Shown here: positions 9,401-18,509 of the stretch, one piece after another | Numbering within the stretch: position 1 is the first letter of the stretch | Layout: each line of letters starts with the position of its first letter | DNA from: Chthoniobacteraceae bacterium | GTDB taxonomy: Bacteria > Verrucomicrobiota > Verrucomicrobiia > Chthoniobacterales > Chthoniobacteraceae | Length of the DNA: 26,871 nt | NCBI GenBank assembly: GCA_031409335.1 | Contig: JANNWY010000216.1 | Coordinates: 1 to 26,871, forward strand | Reading direction: 5' to 3' | Program-made: the position numbers and the translations under genes | Notes under the pieces: generated by a model | Told to the model about the DNA's origin: nothing | Database searches by the model: none | What the model saw: the letters and a program-made list of their open reading frames with translations, nothing else

Positions 9401-9649
9401 GGCGCAAACACTTTCACCGGTCCTACCAAGGTGACCCAAGGCACATTGTCGCTCTTGAGTGCTGCAAGTGTCGGCGCGAAGAGTGAAGTCAGCATCAGTA
9501 CGGGCGCGACGCTGGAACTGAACTTCAAAGGCCCTATGAACATTCACAGCCTCACGCTCGACGGAAAACTCCTCCCTCCGGGAGAGTATGACGCGGCGAG
9601 CGCGCCTGCGTTCCTCAAAGGAACAGGTATCCTGCGGGCACATCCGTAA
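6431..9649 (+). CDS. Secreted polysaccharide deacetylase (CE4/NodB) fused to two DUF5018-like repeats and autotransporter-associated beta-strand repeats
   Basis: Start moved to ATG 6431 (MKLFTLLALC signal peptide). LTFDD, EIGNHTYGH and VLTFHG NodB motifs; two PASG.ARDF..PQ.YTVTA.DGS repeats; four N(T/S)(Y/F)(S/T)G.T....G...repeats. Confidence 0.85.
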   Translation: MKLFTLLALCSLPIVAVAQSAVDPDPAGVLLKPIPDKLIVLTFDDAPASHATVVAPILKPFGFGASFYVCNFDSFKTRKDWYLTYRQMVAMDADGFEIGNHTYGHGGGLENYLRMEDEVMANHGPKMTTVCWPIYQVVWPICPDLAAHGYTFGRGGHERPYRPTVDNPFDVPSFSITDGTSSENFIKHVQQACNGRVVVLTFHGVPDMEHPPVSLDPAMFKAMMQYLKDNNYQCIAMRDMATYVDPAKAALLPRTAHDAKGAPPFERIKDEKPFIAPPSSDIREFRFRDLPPGNITKTSIRLTVPYATDITALVPTIIVSDDATVAPASGIARDFSAPQNYTVTARDGSTKSYVVTLEKAPVSNAKDMRSFTLPGSRSAAVSRNRIAAYLPMATDERALAPTFTLSPFATAVPASGTARDFTKPQTYTVTAQDGSSQSVTVTVVKSDKTNAFLWSKAESGNWSDAAKWSASEAAPVGTGSADYVMSFNQGGECMAKNDLSGGFLLNQLVLGDRSGRLTVGGNSLAFAKEPTNQIPPMIHATKCQRVDINVPVMLHDDLTVNTTPDKDPNCFISFNEVISGPRALILQSCGDRNIAGINFHDVHFGILQLNNTNTYSGGTFINGGKINVRKTGGLGTGAVTLDNFGTLSNEANLTNPVIINQGTLFGCTLSGPITLNGIAGFISNCTISGSMNGRGGFTMFGTNGTYLSMIPGGTVTLSSTNSYTGPTTVFPGTLIVKKAAGLYNADAAKWTPENITIHKAATLRLNAGGSGEFTGDQIGTLLGNLTRSVNDNGLMGGSFLSLDTANATQSVTIAANLADSKGPGGGAFRFKKCGPGAMRLSGNNTYTGQTILESGTLIVWSLNSFSKEARKAVSSLGAPTDIESSEIVIGEEGKDGDCALIYTGSGETTDRVMNLAGRNATVTFDQSGNGLLKLTSNILISGYGANKTIALTGSTTGTGELAATITDPHDRAGKATSAVTKSGTGKWTLSGANTFTGPTKVTQGTLSLLSAASVGAKSEVSISTGATLELNFKGPMNIHSLTLDGKLLPPGEYDAASAPAFLKGTGILRAHP
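7355..7756 (+). repeat. Intragenic tandem domain duplication (DUF5018-like Ig repeats)
   Basis: DITALVPTIIVSDDATVAPASGIARDFSAPQNYTVTARDGS versus DERALAPTFTLSPFATAVPASGTARDFTKPQTYTVTAQDGS, offset 258 nt. Confidence 0.8.
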
Positions 9650-9751
9650 GTCATGAGACTTCGAACACTCATCACCGTATCTCCTGGATTGCCCCGTCCA
9701 ACCGCGGAGTGTCGTGGTCACGGCATCCACGGCGAGATTTGAGATGATTAG

Positions 9752-12700
9752 CTACGCACCTTTGGCTGCCCGGATCATCCGGACCGTGATCGGCTGCGGC
9801 AGTTCGAGGGTCAGGATCAGCGTGTCGTTGTCTTGAAAGTGGTAGCGAATACTGAGCGTGCCTTCGGTGCCGTCGCCGGCGGTATAGGTGACGGCCAGGA
9901 CGGCGTCGCCTTTCTCCTCGAACTTCCAGCCGCCAAGGAACGACGTGCCTTGGTCGTCACCGCCGACTTGGAAAACGTCGCCGCTCTTTGCGTTGACGCT
10001 CATCAGCGAGACCGACTCCTTCTGCGGTTCCTTGCTCGTGACTTCGAGCACGCGGTCCTTGAGCTTCCATGCGTAGGTGGTCTTGAGGCCCGCGCCTTTC
10101 GAGTCCGCATCCACCCACGTGCCGATGAGCCGGTCCCATCTTTTCTGGCGAAGGATGTCGCCGAGTTTCCCGCTCTTCTTTTCCTCCGGGCTCGGCGCCT
10201 TGTCCGCGACGTGGAAAATGAAGTCGTTGCTGAAGAGCCCGCCGGGATTCTGGAGTTGCAGGAAGTGCATCCCGACGGCGGGCAATGCGTCCAGCGCGAC
10301 CTTCACCGTCTCGCCATCACGACTCACGGCACCCCCGACGCGCCGGCCATCCACGAGCACGTTCGCGGCGTCGTTGATGTGTCGGCCGCTGATCGTCATG
10401 GCGGTGTTGCCAGGATGCAGGATGGGGAATTCCTGTTTCCCTCGCTGCTTTTCGATCGGGCCCGATGTCCAAAGCGCGGGCTGGGGATGGTCCGCATCCA
10501 CCTTCGCGCCGAGGCGCGCGGTAAATGTGCCGACGAAGCGCCCCTCGGCTGCGAGCGCGAGCAGCTTTGCGCGGGTGAAGGATTGGCGGTCGCCGGTTCT
10601 TTCCACATAGGTGCCGCCTTTGAAACGCGCATCGAATTGCAGCGCGACCGGCGTGGCTTTCGCACCGTCAAGGAGCACGCCTTCACCCTGGAGCACGACG
10701 CCACCGTCCGCGGCGGATTGTTCCAACGCACCCAGCAAGTCGGTCGTCAGCGCAGTGTTGGCCGACTTCACGTTGAGCGTGATCTGCCGCGCGAAGGCAC
10801 CGGAGAAACCGGTGCTGCCTTCGAGCACCATGTTCCATACCGGATTGAAACGCTCGCGTCCGCCCCACGACAACTGCCACACGCTTCGCTCTGGAGCGCC
10901 GCTCTCGGCGATGCGTTGATAGAAGTCGAAGTCGATGATGTTCAGCCGTCCCTGCGGCAGGATCAGCCAGCGATCGTTCGCACCGCGCCAGGTCGGTGCA
11001 TCCATGCCGGTGCCGGGCGTATTGGTGCTCACGAGGAACGGCATGCGATGGTAGTCGCCGCAGACGTTCGGCTTCGGCTTCGACGGATCATTGTCGCCGT
11101 CGATATGGAACAGCCTGAATCCGTTCGCAGCCTGCTTGGAGAGGACGTTCGTGTAAGCGCGCTTCTGCGCCGGTGGGAAGGGGACACCCAGTAGGAATTC
11201 CGCCAGCGCATCGCGCTCCGCCGCCGTCAACGCGCCCGCCTTGCCTTCATCGTTCACCGTCTTGTCACCGTCCTTTGCCATGGTCGAAGCAAGCCCCGCG
11301 TCGATCAGTTGCCGCGTGCTGCTTTCAGGAACATCGATGCGGCTGTTTGGCGGGACGTTCCCGTGAATGCTGGCGGAATTGATGCCGCCATACGGGTCCC
11401 CCGGAATGCCGTCCCAGTGATACGGCTCCGTGTCGCGCAGGCCACGCACCGGCATCGTCGAGCGCGGCATGATCTGATTGCCGCCAGTGACGACGGGCGT
11501 CTTGAGAACCCAGAGCAATTGGTCGGTGTGACCATTGGGGTGACAGCTCGCGCAGGAAAATGTGCCCGTCGTGGAAGCCGATGCCGTCTCAAACGCGATG
11601 CGCCCACGCTTCACCACGGGATGCGTGGGATCTTCGAGCGGAATCGTCGTGACCACCTGCGGGCTCGCGGGCACCGACACATCCACGAGCGACACCGAGT
11701 TCGCGACCCCATTGAGCACCCACGCGCGCGATGGCTTTCCGCCCGCGCCACACTCCAGCGCGATCCCCTCGGGCACCGCGCCCACGTTCACGCGCCCGAG
11801 CACCACGCCGGTCGCCGCATCCACGGTAAAGAGTTTGTCCGATCCCGCCGCGGACGCCACCAGCGTCGAGTCATCGTCGCTGATCTGGATCGCGAAAGGC
11901 GTCGCGAGAGCCATGCCCGGCGCGGGATTCTTTGGCGGCATCGGCTCGAGATCGAAAAACTTCGGCACCCGTCCGGCGGAGCTGAAATCAACGCTCGTGA
12001 TCCGGTTCAGGAACGCGCGGTTTTCCATCTCGGCGAGGCCGTGTTTCTGCGTGCCCGCGCGTCCGTTCACGTCATTGCGCGCATCGGTCTGCGCGATGAA
12101 CACGCGCCCCTTCGAGTCCACGGCGAGGCCGTAGAGCAGCGTGCCAAGCGTATCGACAGTCCCGACAAGTTTGTCGGTCGCGGTGTCGAAAACAAACAGG
12201 TCGCGATCCGGCACCTTCGGATGCTTGACGATGTCCACGACGTGACCCAGCGACAGCACGTTGTTGTTTTTGATCGAGTGCTCCCACGCGTCGAACGTCA
12301 CCAGGTCGCCATCGATCTTGGTGCCGCCGGAGAGCTGCGTCTTGTTGTTCGACTCGAAAGGGATGACGTAAAGCCGCTCGCCGCGCACCGCGATCGCGCG
12401 CGGGTCCTGCGCCGCAATATCGAGCCGCTTGTCCACCTGTCGCGTCGTCACATTGATCACCGCGATTTGATTCTCCGAAGACAGCGCGACGTAAGCCTTT
12501 TCATTGCTCGCGAAGGCCACACCTACTGGTTCATCAAAGCGCGTCGCCTTCGTCGCCGGATCGAACTCCTGGACCGTGGCGATGACCTGAAGATGCGTCG
12601 GACTCGCCAGATCGATGTCGATCACACTCACCGAATCCGAGACATGGTTCGCCACCCAGACCTCCTTGCCATCCGGCCGCACCGCAATCCCGACCGGATC

Positions 12701-12967
12701 AATCCCGACATTCACCCGCCCAACGACAGCGCGACTGCCAGCATCGATCACATCCACCGTGCTGGCCGGCGTATTGACGACGAAAACGCGACCACCGCTC
12801 ACGGCAATCGGCGAAGCATGAGGACTCATGAACGTGGGATGCCCGACAGCGGCCGGCGGTTGAGGAGCATCTGCCAAGGCGAGTTCCGCCACCGCGGAGT
12901 TCTGAGTGAAGAATGCGCTCACGCCAAGAAGAGCGGTAAGAGATGCTGTTAACACGGATCGTTTCAT
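9752..12967 (-). CDS. Secreted YncE/YVTN-type beta-propeller fused to a cytochrome c peroxidase-like heme domain and extra C-terminal domains
   Basis: Signal peptide; VFVVN..TVDVID, VG.DPVGIAVRPDGKEVWVAN..SDSVSVID propeller repeats; CASCH; RSTMPVRGL..PYHWDG; second heme-like motif CGDYH. Confidence 0.85.
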   Translation of the reverse strand: MKRSVLTASLTALLGVSAFFTQNSAVAELALADAPQPPAAVGHPTFMSPHASPIAVSGGRVFVVNTPASTVDVIDAGSRAVVGRVNVGIDPVGIAVRPDGKEVWVANHVSDSVSVIDIDLASPTHLQVIATVQEFDPATKATRFDEPVGVAFASNEKAYVALSSENQIAVINVTTRQVDKRLDIAAQDPRAIAVRGERLYVIPFESNNKTQLSGGTKIDGDLVTFDAWEHSIKNNNVLSLGHVVDIVKHPKVPDRDLFVFDTATDKLVGTVDTLGTLLYGLAVDSKGRVFIAQTDARNDVNGRAGTQKHGLAEMENRAFLNRITSVDFSSAGRVPKFFDLEPMPPKNPAPGMALATPFAIQISDDDSTLVASAAGSDKLFTVDAATGVVLGRVNVGAVPEGIALECGAGGKPSRAWVLNGVANSVSLVDVSVPASPQVVTTIPLEDPTHPVVKRGRIAFETASASTTGTFSCASCHPNGHTDQLLWVLKTPVVTGGNQIMPRSTMPVRGLRDTEPYHWDGIPGDPYGGINSASIHGNVPPNSRIDVPESSTRQLIDAGLASTMAKDGDKTVNDEGKAGALTAAERDALAEFLLGVPFPPAQKRAYTNVLSKQAANGFRLFHIDGDNDPSKPKPNVCGDYHRMPFLVSTNTPGTGMDAPTWRGANDRWLILPQGRLNIIDFDFYQRIAESGAPERSVWQLSWGGRERFNPVWNMVLEGSTGFSGAFARQITLNVKSANTALTTDLLGALEQSAADGGVVLQGEGVLLDGAKATPVALQFDARFKGGTYVERTGDRQSFTRAKLLALAAEGRFVGTFTARLGAKVDADHPQPALWTSGPIEKQRGKQEFPILHPGNTAMTISGRHINDAANVLVDGRRVGGAVSRDGETVKVALDALPAVGMHFLQLQNPGGLFSNDFIFHVADKAPSPEEKKSGKLGDILRQKRWDRLIGTWVDADSKGAGLKTTYAWKLKDRVLEVTSKEPQKESVSLMSVNAKSGDVFQVGGDDQGTSFLGGWKFEEKGDAVLAVTYTAGDGTEGTLSIRYHFQDNDTLILTLELPQPITVRMIRAAKGA

Positions 12968-13012
12968 GGTCGTTTGATTCCGGAGAGGTGTTCGAGTTGA
13001 GCTTAGGTAGTT

Positions 13013-13038
13013 AACGCCGAGCGACCCTAAATCCTGAC
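13013..13038 (-). promoter_or_regulatory. Putative ECF-sigma promoter GTCAGGA-N15-CGTT upstream of the YncE/cytochrome gene
   Basis: The - strand reads GTCAGGAtttagggtcgctcggCGTT. The same boxes and spacing occur upstream of the ECF sigma gene. Confidence 0.55.
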
Positions 13039-13084
13039 GTGCATTTCAGACAGGGCGGCGAGGAGGCTTGAAAAAAGTGCGACC

Positions 13085-14502
13085 TCATTCATACCGCAGC
13101 GCCTGAATCGGGTGCAGCCTCGCCGCTTTGATGCCCGGGAAAATCCCGGCGAGAATGCCGACACCCACGCTGAAGCTGAAGGCGAGCAGCATGGCATCCA
13201 CGGTGATGATGGGTGTGTTATCGGCGGGAGAGATGAGGGTGAGGAGGCGCACGAGTCCCTGCGAGGCGAGCAGGCCAGCCAGGCCGCCGATGACGGCGAT
13301 GACCACGCTTTCGACGAGGATCTGGATGAAGATGTCGAGGAAGGTCGCGCCGACCGCTTTGCGAACGCCAATCTCGCGGACGCGCTCGGTGATGCTGGCC
13401 AGCATGATGTTCATAATGCCCACGCCTCCGACGAGCAGGCTGATGGCGGCGATGATGCTCCCGCTCAAGCGCGCATTGCGGACGGCGGCGGTTATATTCT
13501 CCGACCAGTTCTCCTGCGTATTGAACGCAAAGTCCTCGATCCCCCGATGGGAGTGCGTCATCACGTTTTTCACCTGCTGAAGCGCATCGTTCATCTGGTC
13601 GAGATCCCGCACTTTGAAATAGACGCTGGAGAGTCGCGGGTCGGGAGCGGAGTCCGCCCCGGCAGTGACACCTGCGCCGGAGCCCGAGCCAGGGCCAATG
13701 GGTGCGGCGGCGCCGGCGCGAAACTTGAGCCACATCGTGTTGAGCGGAACATAGACGGTGTTGTTCTTCCACTCGAACGCGATGCCGGCGCCGCTCTTAC
13801 TTTTCCCGCTACCCATGCCCCGTTTCCGTTCCGGACCACCTTGCACCGCCGCTGGCCCTTTCTCCAGTGCCTGCTCGCGCGCTTTGCGGTCCAGCTCGCT
13901 TTCGTAATGCTCGAACATCCCGATAATGCGGAATCGTTGGTTGTTGATGTTCACAAATTCCCCGACGGGGTTCACCTCGCGGCCGATCTCCTCGGGCGAG
14001 CCGAAAAGGGCGTCGCGCGTGCCGGTGCCGATGACACAAACGCTGCGGGCCTCTTCATCATCCACTTCATTAAACATCCGTCCGTATTCGATGATGTGCT
14101 GATTCATCTCCAGCGCACCCGGCCACGTGCCGACGAAATGCCATGGGTTAAACGCCTTTCCCCCACGCGTGATCGTTGCGGTAAGGGTGCGCATTTCCGG
14201 CACGACCAGCCGGACGAGCGGCGCGCTGCGCTGCAGGGCGTAAACGTCGTTCATCGTGTTCCCCACCGATTGATCCTTCCGATGCTGCTGCCAAACGGGA
14301 ACGGACTGATCGGTGATATTGACCTTCTCCAATCCACCAATGGCAATGAGCGCCTCCTTCATGCCATTCTCCAACCCTTTCACCAGAGCCGACTGCGCGA
14401 CCAGACTGCCGACTCCGAGAATAATGCCAAGCATGGTGAGCGCGGACCGGAATTTGTTCGCCCAGATTTCTTTGAAGCCAATGCTGATGGTGTTCCAAAA
14501 GT

Positions 14503-14506
<4 letters not shown>
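13085..14506 (-). CDS. MacB/FtsX-family ABC transporter permease
   Basis: NKFRSALTMLGIILGVGS; periplasmic domain; IAAISLLVGGVGIMNIMLASITERVREIGVRKAVGA; AARLHPIQALRYE. Confidence 0.95.
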
Positions 14507-15231
<725 letters not shown>

Positions 15232-15242
15232 GGCGAGGCATC

Positions 15243-16457
15243 TTATTTTGAAAGTGGCGCAGCCTTCGCGACTGGGACGGCAGCACCCTTGCTTCCGGCG
15301 GCCTTTGTTGCTTCGCCCTCGCCGGGCGGTGCGACTAGCGAGACCACTTCGCCACCTTTCAGACCTTTGGTCACTTCCGCAAAGCTGTAGTCCGCCACAC
15401 CCATCTGAATCGGCTGGCGCTCAAACTTGTCATCGCCTTTCTTGATATAGACATAACGCTCGCCCTGATCCGTGAAGATGGCCGCCAATGGCACGGCGAG
15501 GACGTTGCCGACCGAGACGAGCGGGATCGTTAGGCTCGCGGTCATGCCCGGGCGGACACGCTCTTCGGCGTTCTTGAGGATGATGCGGGTGGAGTAACCC
15601 TTGATGCCATTCTTGAAGGTGGCTTGTGGCGCGATGCGGTCCACATGTCCGACGAGCTTGAGACCGGCCACAGCTTCCACCTCTACAGTCACGGCCTGAT
15701 CCACTTTCAAACGCGTAACATCGGCCTGGTTGATATGGGCCATGATGATCATGTCCGAGAGATTCGCGACCGTGAAAACCTCGGTGCCACTGTTGAAGCC
15801 GGTGGCACCAGAGACAGCCTGGCCGACGGAGATCGGTCGCGTCAGGATCGTCGAGTCGAATGGTGCGCGAATGATGGTCTTCACCAACTTATCCTCGACC
15901 TGCTGGAGAGCGGTCTGTGCGGTTTCGAGCCGGTTCACCGCAATATCCAGCGTGTTCTTCATGAGCTCGTAGTCGAGGCGCGCGTTGTCGAATGACTCTT
16001 GCGGAACGAGCTTGTTGGCGAACAAGTCCTTCGCTCGATCAAAGGCCAGCTTCGCTTTTTCGAGCTGAATCTTTTGCGTTTCCACGGCCAACTCGGCACC
16101 GGCGATGGCCGTCTTGCGTGAAGATTTCTCGGTTTGCAGATCCTTGTCATCGAGCTCGAATAGGACGTCGCCTTTCTTGACCTTGTCGCCGATGTCGAGA
16201 GTCAGCTTGGAGATTAGCCCGCCGACTTCCGGTCGCACCGAGACTGTATCGACCGGACCAATGTCGCCAGTGGCAGTAATGGCGAAGTTGATGTCGCGAG
16301 TCGCGACGACCGCGGTGGTGGGTTGGCGAGGTTTCTTGCTGGCAGCGCCCGTAGTAGAAGTTCCGAATGCGAATTTGTCCGGATATTTCTGCCGAGCCCA
16401 ATAGCCAGCGCTGGCGAGAGCGGCCAGAGCTAGCAACCATATAATCGGTTTCTTCAT
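15243..16457 (-). CDS. Efflux periplasmic adaptor / membrane fusion protein (MacA-like)
   Basis: N-terminal anchor; lipoyl half-motifs (V..EVGG.I....GDKVKKGDVLFELD, IRAPFDSTI); coiled hairpin; RPGMTA; GLKGGEVV. Confidence 0.92.
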   Translation of the reverse strand: MKKPIIWLLALAALASAGYWARQKYPDKFAFGTSTTGAASKKPRQPTTAVVATRDINFAITATGDIGPVDTVSVRPEVGGLISKLTLDIGDKVKKGDVLFELDDKDLQTEKSSRKTAIAGAELAVETQKIQLEKAKLAFDRAKDLFANKLVPQESFDNARLDYELMKNTLDIAVNRLETAQTALQQVEDKLVKTIIRAPFDSTILTRPISVGQAVSGATGFNSGTEVFTVANLSDMIIMAHINQADVTRLKVDQAVTVEVEAVAGLKLVGHVDRIAPQATFKNGIKGYSTRIILKNAEERVRPGMTASLTIPLVSVGNVLAVPLAAIFTDQGERYVYIKKGDDKFERQPIQMGVADYSFAEVTKGLKGGEVVSLVAPPGEGEATKAAGSKGAAVPVAKAAPLSK

Positions 16458-16469
16458 AACTTCGGCTGG

Positions 16470-16556
16470 CTAATTCGGCAATACTTCGTCACTCACGAGC
16501 TCCAACCCTTCGTCGGCGTGGAGGGTGAGGCACCAGCAGTCCTCGATCGTGAGTCC
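16470..16556 (-). repeat. Diverged copy of the FecR gene 3' end (direct repeat with 18510-18596)
   Basis: 72/87 nt identical by manual ungapped alignment at offset 2040; 24/28 aa identical; shared TAG. Confidence 0.95.
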
Positions 16557-18368
16557 GGCCGCCGCGGCAGAGGCAATCGTTATTTCTGCGGCGCGCAGCG
16601 GATTTGAGGGATACAGAAGTGTGCAAAGTGCCACGAGGACGACATCTGCCTTGATTCTCGGGAGGCGTGTGCGTTTCCCGTTTAGCAGCGTGCCGACGAA
16701 GGTATAGCGCGCACCAAGTTCATAGATTGCCAGCAGGACTGCCGTGGTGCTAACGCAGACCACCGTGAACTTAACGCCAGCCGGAAGATCGAACTGCTTC
16801 ATGAGGTATTGCGGTATAAAGATGAGCGGCAGGTGCAGAAGGTAGAGAAAGTAGGCGGAGTCGGAGAGGTAACGGGCGGACTTGCTTTCCGAGGCGAAGA
16901 CTTTCCGGAACAAGCCGATCAGGCCAAAGATCATCAGCCAGGCGAAGAGGGACTGCATCAACACCGCGAGTGGGCGGACGGCTTGTGGTGGGAGCCAGTG
17001 GACTATCCATTCGCTGTCAGGCTGAAAGGTCAGGTCCATCCCCAGCGGATAGACTGCGAATAGTGCGATGGGTAGCATGAGCCACCCACGCCGACCGAGC
17101 CGGCCTTCGCGGTCATCGCAGTCGAAATAGAAAGCTCCGAAGAAAAAATAGAGTGCGTAGAGCAGGAGAATGTGCGGCGGCACGAAAATACCTGTGGAAG
17201 TGTCCGGGCCAAATCCCGGAGCCAGCAATCCATGAAACCACTGCAAGATCCCGGTGGCAGGGACAAGCCACAAGAGCAGCAGCGGAGAAAGTAGAAGACG
17301 TTTGGAAGTCTTGCCCCATTGATACCTTCGCCCAATCCAAGCCCAGAGCGAAAATGGGACAAGGAGCAGGCAAAGGAACGACAGAAACCAAAGGTGTCCG
17401 AAGATCTGGAGCTGGTTGAACAATGGCAGTTTCGTGAAGTTCAGGTATGCCTTCGTGATAGCTCCGAAGTCTGTCTTCTTCAATGGTTTGCCCGTTCCTT
17501 TAGCACCCGCGCCTTTCTCTACTGTGTCGAGTTCACCCAGACGCTTCCCGCCATTTTCGCGCAGTAGGGCGATGACAGCTTTGCGCCCCGTTTTCGCCTG
17601 CTGTTGGTCAACATTCAGCTTCAGGGAGCCCGCCACCCACTTAAGTACTTCCCAGTCCGCCTGTGCGTTGTCGAGCGGGGCGGACTGATGGCGATTGACC
17701 GAGTTGACATCGGCACCGTGCCCGATGAGCAGCGCCGCGATTTCCGCACGTCCGGTGAATGCTGCATGGCTCAACGCGGTTGAATCGTCGCTGGATGTGG
17801 CATTGATCAGTGCTCCCGACTGGATCAGCCATTCCGCCGCCTGGAGGCTGCCGTTGAGTGCCGCCCAATTGAGCGCGGGGATCTGATACTGTGGATCGCG
17901 CTCGTTGATGTCTGCACCGCCTGCCAGGTGGCGTTTGAGGGACTCGATGCTGTTGTCGCGTGCGGCGGTCCACAGTGTGTCCGCCGCTGGTTTAGCCCCG
18001 TTTCGAGCCGCCTCCAGTGCGCCGATGCCGCCGAAGACCGCGATGTTCAAAATCGCAATCGGGACGATGAATATGACCAACGGGAGCAGGATTCGCCTGG
18101 CCCGCTGCCGAATCACAAAAGACAGCCCATACTTGCGCCAAAGCATGGCGGTAAAGAAGCCGCTGATGACGAAGAAGAGCGGCATGCGGAAGCCATGGAT
18201 CACTGTGAATAGGGTATCAAAGAACTTGCTGGTCCGGTCGTCATGCACGGCCCAGAAAGGTGCCGTGGTGTAGGCCAGCGAACCGTGGAGCACGATACCG
18301 AGCAGCATGGCCACTGCGCGCAACGCATCCAAGTCATGGCGCCGGGAGGCTGGCGCCGGAGTATTCAT
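16470..18368 (-). CDS. Acyltransferase-3 family (OpgC/MdoC-like) membrane protein with inserted ankyrin repeats and chimeric C-terminal extension
   Basis: RRHDLDALRAVAMLLGIVLH, HGFRMPLFFVISGFF, HLWFL and YLSDSAYFLYLLHLP motifs; ankyrin repeats (AARDN..GADIN, ALNWAALNG..GALIN, ALSHAAFTG..GADVN) at about 17545-17980. Probable start ATG 18368; the track start 18440 is an alternative. Confidence 0.85.
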   Translation of the reverse strand: MNTPAPASRRHDLDALRAVAMLLGIVLHGSLAYTTAPFWAVHDDRTSKFFDTLFTVIHGFRMPLFFVISGFFTAMLWRKYGLSFVIRQRARRILLPLVIFIVPIAILNIAVFGGIGALEAARNGAKPAADTLWTAARDNSIESLKRHLAGGADINERDPQYQIPALNWAALNGSLQAAEWLIQSGALINATSSDDSTALSHAAFTGRAEIAALLIGHGADVNSVNRHQSAPLDNAQADWEVLKWVAGSLKLNVDQQQAKTGRKAVIALLRENGGKRLGELDTVEKGAGAKGTGKPLKKTDFGAITKAYLNFTKLPLFNQLQIFGHLWFLSFLCLLLVPFSLWAWIGRRYQWGKTSKRLLLSPLLLLWLVPATGILQWFHGLLAPGFGPDTSTGIFVPPHILLLYALYFFFGAFYFDCDDREGRLGRRGWLMLPIALFAVYPLGMDLTFQPDSEWIVHWLPPQAVRPLAVLMQSLFAWLMIFGLIGLFRKVFASESKSARYLSDSAYFLYLLHLPLIFIPQYLMKQFDLPAGVKFTVVCVSTTAVLLAIYELGARYTFVGTLLNGKRTRLPRIKADVVLVALCTLLYPSNPLRAAEITIASAAAAGLTIEDCWCLTLHADEGLELVSDEVLPN

Positions 18369-18411
18369 CGTCTGGGGAGTCGAGTCAGTTGGCACAACGG
18401 CAGGCATCGGT

Positions 18412-18495
18412 TCAGCGAATCTTTGGCGTCGGTGAATCACTCACTCCGCGCGCCGGGACCGCCAGGGCCACCAACGATGGAATCAATTGTTTCAT
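18412..18495 (-). pseudogene. Signal-peptide-like gene stub (MKQLIPSLVALAVPARG..., 27 aa)
   Basis: The ATG lies 14 nt after the FecR stop, in the same position as the MacA-like ATG after the repeat copy. A hydrophobic N-terminus is followed by an early stop. Confidence 0.45.
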
Positions 18496-18509
18496 AACGT
18501 GATCGGCGG

